In this document: positions 18,092 through 27,705 of the stretch, one piece after another | How the letters are laid out: the number at the start of each line of letters is the position of its first letter | How positions within the stretch are numbered: the stretch's first letter is position 1 | NCBI GenBank assembly: GCA_963749705.1 | Contig: CAVVNQ010000002.1 | Coordinates: forward strand, 1 to 64,000 | DNA from: an uncultured Chloroflexia bacterium | Lineage (GTDB): Bacteria > Chloroflexota > Limnocylindria > Limnocylindrales > CSP1-4 | Reading direction: 5' to 3' | DNA length: 64,000 nucleotides | Program-made: the position numbers and the translations under genes | The notes under the pieces: generated by a model | What the model was told of the DNA's origin: nothing | Seen by the model: the letters and a program-made list of their open reading frames with translations, nothing else | Databases searched by the model: none

Positions 18092-18136
18092 TGGGGCGCC
18101 ATCGCCACGTTCGGATCCACCCGCGGATCGTGCGCC

Positions 18137-19468
18137 CTAGGCAGCCACCGCGTCCAGTGCCTGCGCGATGATTCCGAGGGCCTGGTCGACCTCGGTCTCG
18201 GTCGTCACCAGGGGCGGGATGATCCGGATCACGTTGGCGTACGTTCCGGCGGTCAGAACAAGCATCTTCCGGTCGAAGCAGGCCTGCTGGATGCGCCTGG
18301 TGATCACCGGATCAGGAACCCGTCCATCGCCTTCAGCGGCCTTGACGAGCTCCATGGCGACCATCAGTCCCAGCCCGCGCACGTCGCCCACGGCCGTCCT
18401 GCCGGCGGTGATCCGGCGGAGGCCGTCGAGCAGCTGGGTGCCGCGGGCCCTCGCGTTTGCGATCAGGCCTTCATCCTCGATCACGTCGAGCGTCGCCATC
18501 GCCGCCGCACAGGCCACCACGTTCCCGCCGTAGGTCCCGCCGTGCGAGCCCGGTGGCAACCGGTCCAGGATCTCGCGATTGGCGATGATCCCCGACAGCG
18601 GCAGCCCGGACGCGATGCCCTTGGCCATGACCAGGATGTCCGGCTCCACGTCCCAGTGCCGGACGGCGAACAGCTCGCCGGTCCGCCCGAACCCGGTCTG
18701 GACCTCGTCGGCGATGAGCAGGATGCCGTGGTCCCGGGTGATCTCGCGCAGCCGGGGCAGGAACCCCGGCGGCGGGACGATGTAGCCGCCCTCGCCGATC
18801 ACGGGCTCGACGATGATCCCCGCCACCTTGTCCGGGTAGACGAGCTGGTGGAACAGGAGATCCAGCTGCGCCTCCCAGTCGCAGGTGCATTCCGCCGGAT
18901 CGTGGGCGCCACCGGTCGCGCGATAGCAGTACGGGTACGCCGCGTGGTAGACCGAGCCGGGCAGCGGCTCGAACGCTCCGCGGTACACGTCCTTGGCCGC
19001 CGTCAGCGCCATCGTCTGCGCGCTGCGCCCGTGGAACCCGTAGCGAAACGCGATGATCGCCGGCCGGCCGGTGGCCACCCGCGACAGCTTGACCGCGGCC
19101 TCGACGGCTTCGGCGCCCGAGTTGGACAGGAACGCGCCCCACGGCCCGCCGGGCAGCAGCCGGGACAACCGCTCGTACAGCCGCAGCCCCGGCTCGTGGT
19201 ACACGATGTTCTGCTGCCCGTGCAGCAGCTTCGCCGCCTGCGCCTGGACGGCGGCGACCACCCGCGGGTGGGAATGACCCGTGTTGGTCACGCCGATCCC
19301 GGAGGTGTAGTCGAGGTATCGCTCGCCGTCGGGCGTGATGAGCCAGCTGCCCTCGCCGCGGTCGACGACCAGGTTGGTGATCCGGCTCCAGACCGGCGGC
19401 ACGACCGAACGGTCGGGGAGGGGAGCCGGCGCCGGAGCGCCGGGAACGACGGGGACGGTGTCGACCAT
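18137..19468 (-). CDS. gabT: Class III PLP aminotransferase, 4-aminobutyrate aminotransferase-like
   Basis: NSGAEAVEAA, FHGR, EPVIGEGGY, DEVQTGFGRTG, MAKGIASG, GGTYGGN. Confidence 0.88.
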   Translation of the reverse strand: MVDTVPVVPGAPAPAPLPDRSVVPPVWSRITNLVVDRGEGSWLITPDGERYLDYTSGIGVTNTGHSHPRVVAAVQAQAAKLLHGQQNIVYHEPGLRLYERLSRLLPGGPWGAFLSNSGAEAVEAAVKLSRVATGRPAIIAFRYGFHGRSAQTMALTAAKDVYRGAFEPLPGSVYHAAYPYCYRATGGAHDPAECTCDWEAQLDLLFHQLVYPDKVAGIIVEPVIGEGGYIVPPPGFLPRLREITRDHGILLIADEVQTGFGRTGELFAVRHWDVEPDILVMAKGIASGLPLSGIIANREILDRLPPGSHGGTYGGNVVACAAAMATLDVIEDEGLIANARARGTQLLDGLRRITAGRTAVGDVRGLGLMVAMELVKAAEGDGRVPDPVITRRIQQACFDRKMLVLTAGTYANVIRIIPPLVTTETEVDQALGIIAQALDAVAA

Positions 19469-19485
19469 GCTGGTCTCCCTGGTGC

Positions 19486-20364
19486 CTAGCGGATCCGGAC
19501 CGCGCGTCCCGAGCGGAGCGAGGTGGCTGCCACCAGCCCCACCGCGCCCAGGAACACGATCGATCCGACCACGTTGATCTGGACGGGCAGCGCGTTGCGC
19601 TGGATCGAGTACACCCAGATCGGGAACGTGTTGGTCGTGCCCGACACGAAGTTGGTGATCACGAAGTCGTCGATCGACAGGCTGAACGCCAGCAGCCCGG
19701 CCGCCATGATCCCCGGGAAGATCAACGGGAAGGTCACCTTCCAGAACGTGGTCAGCTCGTTCGCGCCCAGGTCCATCGCGGCTTCCTCGAGGCGGCGGTC
19801 GAAGCCGGCGACCCGCGCCTTCACGGTGACCACGACGTAGCTGATGTTGAACATGATGTGGGCGATGACGATGGTCGTGAAGCCGGTCGGGTAGAGCAGC
19901 GGCACGCTGCCGGCGACCGGCGGCAGCGCCGTGGCCACGAACAGCGTCAGCAGGCTGGCCCCCATCACGATCTCCGGGGTCGCCATGGGCAGGAAGATGA
20001 CGCCGTTGAGGATGCCCCGACCGCGGAAGTCGTAGCGCGTCAGGGCCAGGCCGATGAGGGTCCCGAGGATCGTCGCCACGATCGTGGACAGCACCGCGAC
20101 CGTCAGGCTGATGCGGACCGAATCCGGGAGCCCCGGCCAGTCGAGCGGATGGAGCCAGCCGTCCAGCGAGAACTCGTTCCAGATGTAGTTGAACTTGCCG
20201 GCCGGCTTGTTGAACGAGAACACGATCATGACCGCGATCGGGATCAGCAGGTAGCCGATCGCGAGCGCCGTGAACAGCGGCAGCAGGTACTGGTCGATGC
20301 GCCGCCAGAAGGGCTGCGGCGGGCGGCCCGCGTGGATGTCCGGGGTGGCGCCGGCGGTCGTCAT
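19486..20364 (-). CDS. potC: Polyamine ABC transporter permease
   Basis: LEEAAMDLGA EAA loop, FSLSIDDFVIT. Confidence 0.88.
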   Translation of the reverse strand: MTTAGATPDIHAGRPPQPFWRRIDQYLLPLFTALAIGYLLIPIAVMIVFSFNKPAGKFNYIWNEFSLDGWLHPLDWPGLPDSVRISLTVAVLSTIVATILGTLIGLALTRYDFRGRGILNGVIFLPMATPEIVMGASLLTLFVATALPPVAGSVPLLYPTGFTTIVIAHIMFNISYVVVTVKARVAGFDRRLEEAAMDLGANELTTFWKVTFPLIFPGIMAAGLLAFSLSIDDFVITNFVSGTTNTFPIWVYSIQRNALPVQINVVGSIVFLGAVGLVAATSLRSGRAVRIR

Positions 20365-21260
20365 CAGCCGGTCAGCTGCTCGGTGCCCAGCACGCGCGCG
20401 TAGATCGCGACCGCCGCGAGGATCGCGGCCATCAGGATGAACGACAGCGCCGAGCCGACCGGGTAGTCGTTCTGGAGCAGCAGCCGGTTCTGGATGACGT
20501 TGCCGATCATCCGCGTCTGCGGGGTGCCCAGCAGCTCCGCGTTGATGTAGTCACCCATCGCCGGGATGAACGTCAGCAGCGAACCCGCGAACACCCCGGG
20601 CAGCGCGAGCGGCAGCGTGACCCGCCGGAACGCCGCCCACCGGCCGGCATACAGGTCCGAGGCGGCCTCGATCAGCCGCGGATCGATCTTCTCGAGCGCC
20701 ACGTACAGCGGCAGGATCATGAACGGCAGGAAGTTGTAGGTCAGCCCCGCCACCTGGGCCACCGGCGTGCTGGTCAGGCTGAACGTGCCGGGCAGGATGC
20801 CCAGCGTGTGCTTGAGCGGGCCGAGCAGCGGCCCCTCGTCGCCCAGCAGGATCTTCCAGCTGATCGTCCGGATCAGGAAGCTGGTGAAGAACGGCGCGAT
20901 GACCAGGAACAGGATCAGGTTCTTGTAGCGGCCACCGCGGATCGCGATGGTGTAGGCGACCGGGAAGCCGATCACGAACGTGAACAGCGTGGCCAGGCCG
21001 CCGTAGGTGATCGAGTTGAGGAACTGGGGCCCGAACCTGGTGAGCGCCGTGACGTAGGCGTCGGGCGCCATCGTCATCGTGAAGCCCGTCTCGAGCGACC
21101 CCTCCGAGATGGAGTAGGTGAACATCTGGAGGACGGGCAGCACGTAGAAGATCAGCAGCCACAGCATCCCCGGCGCGAGCAGCAGCCAGGGCACGGCCCG
21201 GTTGAACCGGCGGCGGATGCCGAGGCCGGGGGGACGCGCCGGAGCTGTTGCTGCGGTCAT
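20364..21260 (-). CDS. potB: Polyamine ABC transporter permease
   Basis: PFFTSFLIRT, LPFMILPLY, LIEAASDLYA. Confidence 0.88.
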   Translation of the reverse strand: MTAATAPARPPGLGIRRRFNRAVPWLLLAPGMLWLLIFYVLPVLQMFTYSISEGSLETGFTMTMAPDAYVTALTRFGPQFLNSITYGGLATLFTFVIGFPVAYTIAIRGGRYKNLILFLVIAPFFTSFLIRTISWKILLGDEGPLLGPLKHTLGILPGTFSLTSTPVAQVAGLTYNFLPFMILPLYVALEKIDPRLIEAASDLYAGRWAAFRRVTLPLALPGVFAGSLLTFIPAMGDYINAELLGTPQTRMIGNVIQNRLLLQNDYPVGSALSFILMAAILAAVAIYARVLGTEQLTG

Positions 21261-21290
21261 GGCGTGGTCGCCTCGGGCGAGCTGGACGGA

Positions 21291-22538
21291 CTAGACGCCC
21301 GACAGGTCCGCGTACAGGTCGTTGAGCTTGGCCTCCTGCTCGTCGCTCAGCGCCTGGAAGTTCTTCTGCTTGGCGACGATCTCCGGGGTCGGGAACAGCA
21401 GCGGGTTGCTCGCCGCCTCCGGGTCCACCGCCTTGATCGCCTCGTCGGCGCCCTTCACCGGGGAGATGTAGTAGACGTACTCGGCGATCTGGGCCGCGAT
21501 CTGTGGGTCGTACACGTAGTTCATCATCAGCTCGGCCGTGTACTTGTTGGCCGCGCCCTTGGGGATCAGCATGTTGTCGGTCCAGATGAGGCAGCCCTCG
21601 TCGGGCACGATGAACATGTCGTTCTCGCCACCCGACGATGCGAGGTCGCCCGACCACACGAACGCGGCCCACACCTTCTTCTCGGCGAAGTCCTGCAGGT
21701 ACTCGTTGCCCGTGAACCGGAGGCCGTTGGACACCAGCGGCTTCATGTCGTCATGGACCTTCTGCAGGTCGTCCAGGGTGACCGTCGCCGGGTCGGCCTC
21801 GATGCCCAGCTTGAGCAGGCCCAGGCCGAACGTGTCGCGCGCCTCGGACAGGAACGTGAGCTTGTTGGCCGGGATGTTCCACAGGTCCGCGATCTTGGTG
21901 GGCTCGGCGATGTTGTTCTCGGCCAGCGTCTTCGAGTTGTAGCCCACGCCGGTCATCCCCGACTGCCACGGGTAGTGGTAGTCGTTGCCCGGATCCCACG
22001 GCAGGTTCTTGAGCGGATCCCGGAGGTTCGCGGTGCAGTTGGGCACGTTGTCCTGGTCGATCTTCTCGGCCCAGCCGTTGGTGACGACCTTGGATGCCAT
22101 CCAGTCGGTGATCACGATCAGGTCCCAGCCGGTCGGCAGGCCGGCGATGAGCGCGGGCTTGATCGTCTCCACGAACGTGTTGTTGTCGGAGATCTTCTCC
22201 TGGTAGTCGACATCGACGCCGTACTTGGTCTTGAACTCCTCGAGCGAGGGCGACGAGCCCGGCGCGTACTCGCCGGCATCGCCTGCGGCGCCCGCGAGGT
22301 CGATGTAGGCGGGCCAGTTGGCGAACATCAGCGGACCGGTCACGGTCTTGGGCGTCGCGGGCGCGGCGCTCTCGGCGGCTGCGGATTCGCCCGGCGCGGA
22401 GGACTCGGAGCCCTGGCTCGGCGCCTGGCTCGCCGTGGTGCCGGTGCATGCCGCGATGAACGCGGAGATGCCGACGAGCGCGGTCCCCTTGAGGACCGTG
22501 CGGCGGGACACGACAGTCGCGAGCCGCTCGATTGCCAT
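21291..22538 (-). CDS. potD: Polyamine ABC substrate-binding protein (Tat lipoprotein)
   Basis: SRRTVLK Tat motif with FIAAC lipobox; NWPAYID, WQSGMTG, WSGD, WTDNMLIP. Confidence 0.88.
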   Translation of the reverse strand: MAIERLATVVSRRTVLKGTALVGISAFIAACTGTTASQAPSQGSESSAPGESAAAESAAPATPKTVTGPLMFANWPAYIDLAGAAGDAGEYAPGSSPSLEEFKTKYGVDVDYQEKISDNNTFVETIKPALIAGLPTGWDLIVITDWMASKVVTNGWAEKIDQDNVPNCTANLRDPLKNLPWDPGNDYHYPWQSGMTGVGYNSKTLAENNIAEPTKIADLWNIPANKLTFLSEARDTFGLGLLKLGIEADPATVTLDDLQKVHDDMKPLVSNGLRFTGNEYLQDFAEKKVWAAFVWSGDLASSGGENDMFIVPDEGCLIWTDNMLIPKGAANKYTAELMMNYVYDPQIAAQIAEYVYYISPVKGADEAIKAVDPEAASNPLLFPTPEIVAKQKNFQALSDEQEAKLNDLYADLSGV

Positions 22539-22552
22539 GGGGTGCTCCTCCA

Positions 22553-23677
22553 TCATTCGGCCGCGGTCGGCGCGGCCCCGGATGTTGTGTCGACGACGAA
22601 CGTGTGATCCGGGGACCAGGTGAGGAACACCTCGTCGCCCGTCGCCCACAGTTCGCTCCTGGTGGTGCGCATGACGTTCTGCTCGTACACGGTGACGCGG
22701 GCACCACCCCGCGTCTCGATCAGGTACTGGGTGCTGACCCCCAGGTACGACGCGTCCTTCACGACGCCCGCGAGGCGGTTGCCCTCGCTGGACGGCTGTT
22801 CGTCCGCACGATGGATGCGGATCTTCTCGGGCCGGACGCCCACATCGACCTTGTCCCTCGACCCCAGCAGCGTGGCCGGGACGCGGACTCGCGTGTCATC
22901 CGCGAGGCGGACCAGCACGTAGCCGTCGGCGGTCCCGTCGACCGCGCCCGGGAGCAGGTTGCTGACCCCGAGGAAGCCGGCCACGAACCGCGTTTCGGGG
23001 TGTTCGTACAGCGTCTCCGGATCGCCCAGCTGCTCGTACCGGCCCTTGTTCATCACGGCGATCCGGTCCGACATCGTCATCGCCTCTTCCTGGTCGTGCG
23101 TCACGTAGATGAACGTGATCCCGACCTCCCGCTGGATCCGCTTGAGCTCGACCTGCATCTGCTTGCGCAGCTTGAGGTCGAGCGCGCCCAGGGGCTCGTC
23201 GAGGAGCAGCACGGCCGGCCGGTTGATCAACGCCCGCGCGAGGGCGACCCGCTGCGCCTGCCCGCCGGAGATCTGGTTGGGCTTGCGGCGCTCGAAGCCC
23301 GGCAGCTCCACCAGTCGCAGCATGTCGGTCACGCGCGACGTGATCTCGCCCTTCTTCACCCCGGACCGGCGCAGCCCGAAGGCGACGTTCTCAAAGATCG
23401 ACAGATGGGGGAACAGCCCGTAGTTCTGGAACACGGTGTTGACGTGCCGCTTGTACGGGGGAAGCCAGGTCACGTCCTCGCCCTGGAGCTCGATGCGACC
23501 GGATGTCGGCTGCTCGAAGCCGCCGATCATTCGCAGGGTGGTCGTCTTGCCGCAGCCGGATGGCCCGAGGAGGCTGAAGAACTCGCCGTCGACAACCTCG
23601 AGGTCGATGTGATCGACCGCGTAGAGGTCGCCGAACATCTTCGACACCTGGACCAGGCGGACGTCGACGTCGTGCAC
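22553..23677 (-). CDS. potA: Polyamine ABC transporter ATP-binding protein
   Basis: GPSGCGKTT, ISGGQAQR, LLDEPLGALD, TOBE C-terminus; AGGAG RBS. Confidence 0.92.
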   Translation of the reverse strand: MHDVDVRLVQVSKMFGDLYAVDHIDLEVVDGEFFSLLGPSGCGKTTTLRMIGGFEQPTSGRIELQGEDVTWLPPYKRHVNTVFQNYGLFPHLSIFENVAFGLRRSGVKKGEITSRVTDMLRLVELPGFERRKPNQISGGQAQRVALARALINRPAVLLLDEPLGALDLKLRKQMQVELKRIQREVGITFIYVTHDQEEAMTMSDRIAVMNKGRYEQLGDPETLYEHPETRFVAGFLGVSNLLPGAVDGTADGYVLVRLADDTRVRVPATLLGSRDKVDVGVRPEKIRIHRADEQPSSEGNRLAGVVKDASYLGVSTQYLIETRGGARVTVYEQNVMRTTRSELWATGDEVFLTWSPDHTFVVDTTSGAAPTAAE

Positions 23678-23782
23678 GGGTACGGCGCTGCTCCTGCAGT
23701 AGGACAGTCGGGGTGGACCGACCGGATGGGACAGCTCCGGTTCGAGCGCAAGCGCGCCATTCGGCGCCCCGTCGGCGTGGTG

Positions 23783-23812
23783 ACGATAGGTCCGCCGCGG
23801 CCGGGGTGTCAA
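23783..23812 (-). promoter_or_regulatory. Sigma70 promoter TTGACA-N18-TATCGT for the pot/gabT operon
   Basis: Perfect -35 and near-consensus -10. Confidence 0.7.
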
Positions 23813-24039
23813 GGCGACCAGATCGCACGCCCCGCTCGCGGTGGCTGCGAATCTCGCATCGACAGCCACCAGGTGGGTGATGGAATCGCACGAATCAACG
23901 AGGTCGGCGGCGGTTGCGGTCCACCCCCGGCGTGGTCCGGCCGCGCCGGTCTCCGCGCTCCACGCGGGGCACGGGTACGATATCGGCGGCCCGCGCGTCG
24001 CAAATCGCGGGCCGTCGTGCAACAGGAGCGAGAACGCCC

Positions 24040-25116
24040 ATGACCGCCATCACCGAGGCCGCCGTCCTCGACGCCCTCCGCACCGTCCAGGAGCCCGAGC
24101 TGGGTGGCGACCTGGTCACGCGGAACATGGTCCGGGACCTGGCCATCGACGGGTCGGACGTGGCGTTCACGATCGAGCTGACGACGCCCGCCTGTCCGCT
24201 CAAGGACCAGATCGAGTCCGAGGTGCGGGCCGCGCTCGCACCGGTCGGGGTCAACGGGATCGCGATCGCCTGGGGCGCCAGCGTTCGTCGTGCCGCGCCG
24301 CGTGCGGCCGAGCAGCTCGTGCCCGGCGTCAAGAACGTGATCGCCGTCGCCTCCGGCAAGGGAGGGGTCGGCAAGAGCACGGTCAGCGTCAACCTCGCGG
24401 TCGCGCTGGCTCGTGCGGGCGCGAGCGTGGGGCTGCTCGATGCCGACATCACGGGTCCCAACATCCCGATGATGATGGGCGTGGAGGGGCAGCCGACGTC
24501 GAGCCCCAACAACAAGATCGTGCCGCTCGAGCGCCACGGCGTGAAGGTGATCTCGATCCAGTTCTTCGTCCCGGAGGGGCAGCCGATCGTGTGGCGCGGA
24601 CCGCTCATCGGCGGCGCCATCCAGCAGTTCCTGCGCGATGTCGACTGGGGCGAGCTGGACTATCTGGTCATCGATCTTCCGCCCGGAACGTCGGATGCCC
24701 AGCTGACGCTCGCGCAGGCCGTCCCGATCAGCGGCACGGTTCTGGTCACGACGCCCCAGGACGTCGCGCTCGCGGACGTGGGCAAGGCGTATGCGATGCT
24801 CACGCGGATGAACGTCCCCGTCATCGGCCTCGTCGAGAACATGAGTGCCTTCGTCTGCCCGCACTGCGGCGAGGCCACCGAGATCTTCGGGCGCGGCGGT
24901 GGCGAGCGGTTTGCGCAGGAGCACGAGATCGACTTCCTGGGCAAGATCCCGCTCGACATCACCGTCCGCCAGGGCGGCGACGCCGGCATTCCCGCCGTCG
25001 CGCAGCGCGAGCCCGGCCCGGCGGGCATCGCGCTCGAGGCCGTCGCCGGCCTGGTCGCGGCCCGGATGAGCGTCCGGGCGGCCAACGCCCAGACGCCGGT
25101 CCTCACGGTCACCTGA
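24040..25116 (+). CDS. mrp: Mrp/NBP35 (ApbC) Fe-S cluster carrier ATPase with N-terminal FeS_assembly_P domain
   Basis: ELTTPACP, SGKGGVGKST, DADI.GP, DLPPGT.D, ENMS.FVCPHCG. Confidence 0.93.
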   Translation: MTAITEAAVLDALRTVQEPELGGDLVTRNMVRDLAIDGSDVAFTIELTTPACPLKDQIESEVRAALAPVGVNGIAIAWGASVRRAAPRAAEQLVPGVKNVIAVASGKGGVGKSTVSVNLAVALARAGASVGLLDADITGPNIPMMMGVEGQPTSSPNNKIVPLERHGVKVISIQFFVPEGQPIVWRGPLIGGAIQQFLRDVDWGELDYLVIDLPPGTSDAQLTLAQAVPISGTVLVTTPQDVALADVGKAYAMLTRMNVPVIGLVENMSAFVCPHCGEATEIFGRGGGERFAQEHEIDFLGKIPLDITVRQGGDAGIPAVAQREPGPAGIALEAVAGLVAARMSVRAANAQTPVLTVT

Positions 25117-25159
25117 CAGGCCACCGAAGGCCTCTGACGCCCCGCCCCGGCACCCGTCG

Positions 25160-25876
25160 ATGAGCCCGTCGCGGGGATCGGATGATCCCGGCCCGCTGAT
25201 CGCCGCGCTCGGCGGGATGCCCCTGTTTCGCGACCTTGATGCAGCCGAGCTGACCACGCTGGCCGGCACCGTCCGGACACGCCGGTTCGCGCGCGGGGAG
25301 GTGATCTTCCATCGTGGCGATCCCGGCGACGCCCTGTACATCGTGCTGACCGGACGCGTCAAGATCTCCAGCCCGTCCGACACCGGCGTCGAGGCGATCC
25401 TCACCACCCTCCGCCCGGGGGAATGGTTCGGCGCCCTGGCCCTGCTCGACGGGGCTCCGAGAAGCGCCTCCGCGACGGCGGTCGATGCCACCGAGACGCT
25501 GATCCTCCCGCGCGACCGCTTCCGACAGCTGGTGGACGAAGCGCCGTCGATCCGCGATCACGTCCTCATGGCGCTCGCGGAGGAGCTGCGCCGGCTGACC
25601 CGGCACGTCGAGGAGCTGCACTTCCTGGATATCGCGGGACGCCTCGCCGCGCGCCTGATCCGGCTTGCCGAGGAGCAGGGGATCGAGCGCGACGACGGTG
25701 CGGTGCGGCTCGACGGCCCGATCACGCAGGGTGAGATCGCGGCGATGGTCGGGAGCACGCGGCAGAGCGTCAACAAGCTGCTGGGGCAGCTGGTCGACGA
25801 CGGCCTGATCCGGATCGAGCGCGACGCGATCGTGATCCAGGACCTCGGGGCACTCCGCAGAGCCGCCCGGCGCTGA
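25160..25876 (+). CDS. Crp/Fnr family transcriptional regulator
   Basis: cNMP domain (FGALALLDG.PRSASA) and HTH ITQGEIAAMVGSTRQSVNK. Confidence 0.92.
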   Translation: MSPSRGSDDPGPLIAALGGMPLFRDLDAAELTTLAGTVRTRRFARGEVIFHRGDPGDALYIVLTGRVKISSPSDTGVEAILTTLRPGEWFGALALLDGAPRSASATAVDATETLILPRDRFRQLVDEAPSIRDHVLMALAEELRRLTRHVEELHFLDIAGRLAARLIRLAEEQGIERDDGAVRLDGPITQGEIAAMVGSTRQSVNKLLGQLVDDGLIRIERDAIVIQDLGALRRAARR

Positions 25877-25962
25877 CGCCGGGACCAAGGGCGCTGGGAT
25901 TTGGCGCCCAGCGACGCGGAACCGCGCGGCGCGCCGACTCGACCCGGCGCAGCGTCGCTCCG

Positions 25963-27195
25963 CTACCCGGATCCCTCGCGCAGCGCAGCCAGCAGCACGG
26001 CGGCCGCGGCGATCGCCGCCCGGTCCGCACCCTGGCTGCCACGGAGGAAGGCGATCCGTCGCGCGGATCTCGCTCCGTCGGGGGTCACGATGCCGATCTC
26101 CGCGGCCATGTCGTCGCCCGCCGGCGCCACGCGGAGGGCGAAGCCGACATCCGCGCCGCTGGCGTCCCGGACCGCGGTCGCGTCGGTCACCGCGGTCGCG
26201 TCGGTCGTGGCGCGCGCATCGCCGGCGCCGCTGCCGGGGGCATCACCGACCATCACCTCGGCCCGGACGATGCCGGTCAACGTTCGCAGCAGGCCGATGA
26301 GCGCGCCGCTCGTGCCTGTCTCGCGGATGGCCACCGTCCACCCACGCTGGGCGAGCGCCGCGCTGATCGCCCCGGCCCAGGTCATGTTGCCGCGCGCCCA
26401 GACGTGGTCGGAGAGCTGGGCGAGGACCGCGGCCTCGGCCTCATCGGCGAGATCGGCGGCTGTGCGTCCGTCCGCGGCTCGCGCGGAGACCCGGACATCG
26501 ACCGCCTCGTGTCGGGCATAGGTGGCGACGATCGGGTTCGACGCCCGCAGCAGCACCTCGCCCAGGCGCTCGGCGACCTGGGACTCGCCGATCCCGTGAA
26601 GGCGGAGCGTGCGCACCTCGGTGTCGACGCCGACGCCACGGGATGCGAGCCGCGGCAGGACCTCGTCCGTCCACATCGGCCGCATCTCCCGCGGCGGTCC
26701 GGGCAGGGTCACGATCACCCGGCCGTCGGGGCGATCGACCCACCAGCCCGGCGCGGTGCCGTGGGGATTGGGCAGTGGCGTGGCGGACGGGATGACCCAG
26801 GCCTGCTTGATGTTGGTCGACGGGAACGGCAGCCGGCGGCGGGCCCACAGCCGCCGGAGCCAGTCGAGGGTCGCTTCGTCGATGACCGGGACCTCGTCGC
26901 ACACGGCGGCGACGGCCTCACGCGTGAGGTCGTCCGGTGTCGGGCCAAGGCCGCCGGTCGTGACCACGAGGTCGACGCGCGCCAGCGCCGCCCGCAGGGC
27001 ATCGACGACCACGTCGTGGTCGTCCGGGAGGTTGGCGATCCGCCCGACCCGCACGCCGTGCGCGACCAGCGACCGCGCGAGCTCGCCGCTGTTGGTGTCG
27101 GTCGTTTCGCCGACCGTCAGCTCCGTCCCGATTGCGACCAGCTCGGCGGTCAGCACCTGGCGGGGGCCGGTGGCACGCGGGGGCACGTCGGGCAT
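25963..27195 (-). CDS. cinA: CinA-like competence/damage-inducible protein (molybdopterin-binding domain; divergent C-terminal domain)
   Basis: IGTEL..GE..DTN, TTGGLGPT.DDLTREA, NPHGTAPG, LPGPPREM. Confidence 0.85.
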   Translation of the reverse strand: MPDVPPRATGPRQVLTAELVAIGTELTVGETTDTNSGELARSLVAHGVRVGRIANLPDDHDVVVDALRAALARVDLVVTTGGLGPTPDDLTREAVAAVCDEVPVIDEATLDWLRRLWARRRLPFPSTNIKQAWVIPSATPLPNPHGTAPGWWVDRPDGRVIVTLPGPPREMRPMWTDEVLPRLASRGVGVDTEVRTLRLHGIGESQVAERLGEVLLRASNPIVATYARHEAVDVRVSARAADGRTAADLADEAEAAVLAQLSDHVWARGNMTWAGAISAALAQRGWTVAIRETGTSGALIGLLRTLTGIVRAEVMVGDAPGSGAGDARATTDATAVTDATAVRDASGADVGFALRVAPAGDDMAAEIGIVTPDGARSARRIAFLRGSQGADRAAIAAAAVLLAALREGSG

Positions 27196-27458
27196 GGCAC
27201 GCAGCGTAGCTGAACCGGCAGGCGGGAGGCGGGAGGCGTCCACTTCGACGACGCCGACGTCACCGACGCGTCCGGTGCCGCCGCGATCGCCCCGACCGCC
27301 GCGGCCGCCGCGGTTCCCGCGGTCCTGTCAGGCACCGCGGGTGCCGGTGCAAGGCGCGGGATTGTCATGATTCTGGAGTCGTGCGATCCCTCGCCACGCT
27401 CGGATTGCGTCGGATCCGGAGTCGCCCGGCCCCGATCCGCTGCCTGATACCGGCCCTC

Positions 27459-27529
27459 GCGGTGCGTGACAGCAGATTCTGTCGGTCGCGCCGATATCAC
27501 CGCGCCTGGCGGTGCGTGACAGCAGATTC
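27459..27529. repeat. 21-nt exact direct repeat GCGGTGCGTGACAGCAGATTC with 50-nt period
   Basis: Copies at 27459 and 27509; flanking bases are also similar. Confidence 0.9.
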
Positions 27530-27705
27530 GGTGGATGGCGCCGCTGATGCCGCGGATGGCGCCGCGTGTGGCGACGCCGGCATCCACGTCGGCCGCGCCG
27601 CGGTCCGGACACAACCACGAATGCCGGCCCGGGGCGTCTGATCGGCGCTGCTATGATTCGAGCGTCCGCCGAGCCCGCCCAACCTGTTACACGGAGGACG
27701 AACCC

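Noticed and set aside
27459-27529. CRISPR mini-array (21-nt repeat, 29-nt spacer)
   Set aside because: Only two repeats, homologous flanks implying tandem duplication, no leader or cas genes
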